In this document: piece by piece, positions 63,833 through 64,000 of the stretch
How the letters are laid out: each line of letters begins with the position of its first letter
How positions within the stretch are numbered: position 1 is the first letter of the stretch
Source: Gekko japonicus
Taxonomy: Eukaryota
DNA: 64,000 nucleotides
Direction: 5' to 3'
Assembly: GCF_001447785.1 (NCBI RefSeq)
Contig: NW_015163606.1
Coordinates: 1,452,857 to 1,516,856 of the forward strand
Made by a program: the position numbers and the translations under genes
The notes under the pieces: generated by a model
Told to the model about the DNA's origin: nothing
The model's input: only the letters and a program-made list of their open reading frames with translations
Database searches by the model: none

Positions 63833-64000
63833 CCAGTTTGGTGTAGTGGTTAAGTGTGCGACTCTAATCTGGGAGAACCGGGTTTGATTCCCCACTTCTC
63901 CACTCGCAGCTGCTGGATGACCTTGGGCAAGCCATAGTTCTGACAAGAGCTGTCCCTGAAAAAGCAGTTCTCGAAAGAGCTCTCTCAGTCCCACCTACCT
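63833..64000 (+). mobile_element. Squam3-like tRNA SINE, running off the window end
   Basis: Box A tggtgtagtggtt, box B ggtttgattcccc. Confidence 0.85.

Overview
Vertebrate, non-genic, repeat-rich DNA from a draft assembly with 7 N-gaps. It is almost certainly squamate: it has Sauria SINEs, and the tRNA/L2-tail SINEs suggest a gecko (inference). I found no supportable host protein-coding exon; every recognisable coding sequence is transposon-derived. Main contents: (1) a DIRS1-type tyrosine-recombinase retrotransposon (gag, RT/RNaseH/methyltransferase-like, YR) with an intact ICR and right terminus at ~16.4-20.6 kb; (2) a second, much older DIRS relic at ~22.3-25 kb that the ORF track misses, split by a young CR1; (3) an ORF1-only 'half-L1' (HAL1-like) element at ~35-36.5 kb; (4) Penelope-like remnants with decayed minimal hammerhead ribozyme cores; (5) a non-autonomous hAT family with 8-bp TSDs, POU/octamer-like subterminal motifs and variable cargo, including a 61-bp minisatellite; (6) L2 and CR1 fragments, 5S- and tRNA-derived SINEs and probable solo LTRs. 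Repeat-poor, TAAT-rich blocks at ~49-52 kb and 57-62 kb may be conserved non-coding elements. I see no convincing evidence of a wholly new biological system. The best leads are unusual transposon architectures.
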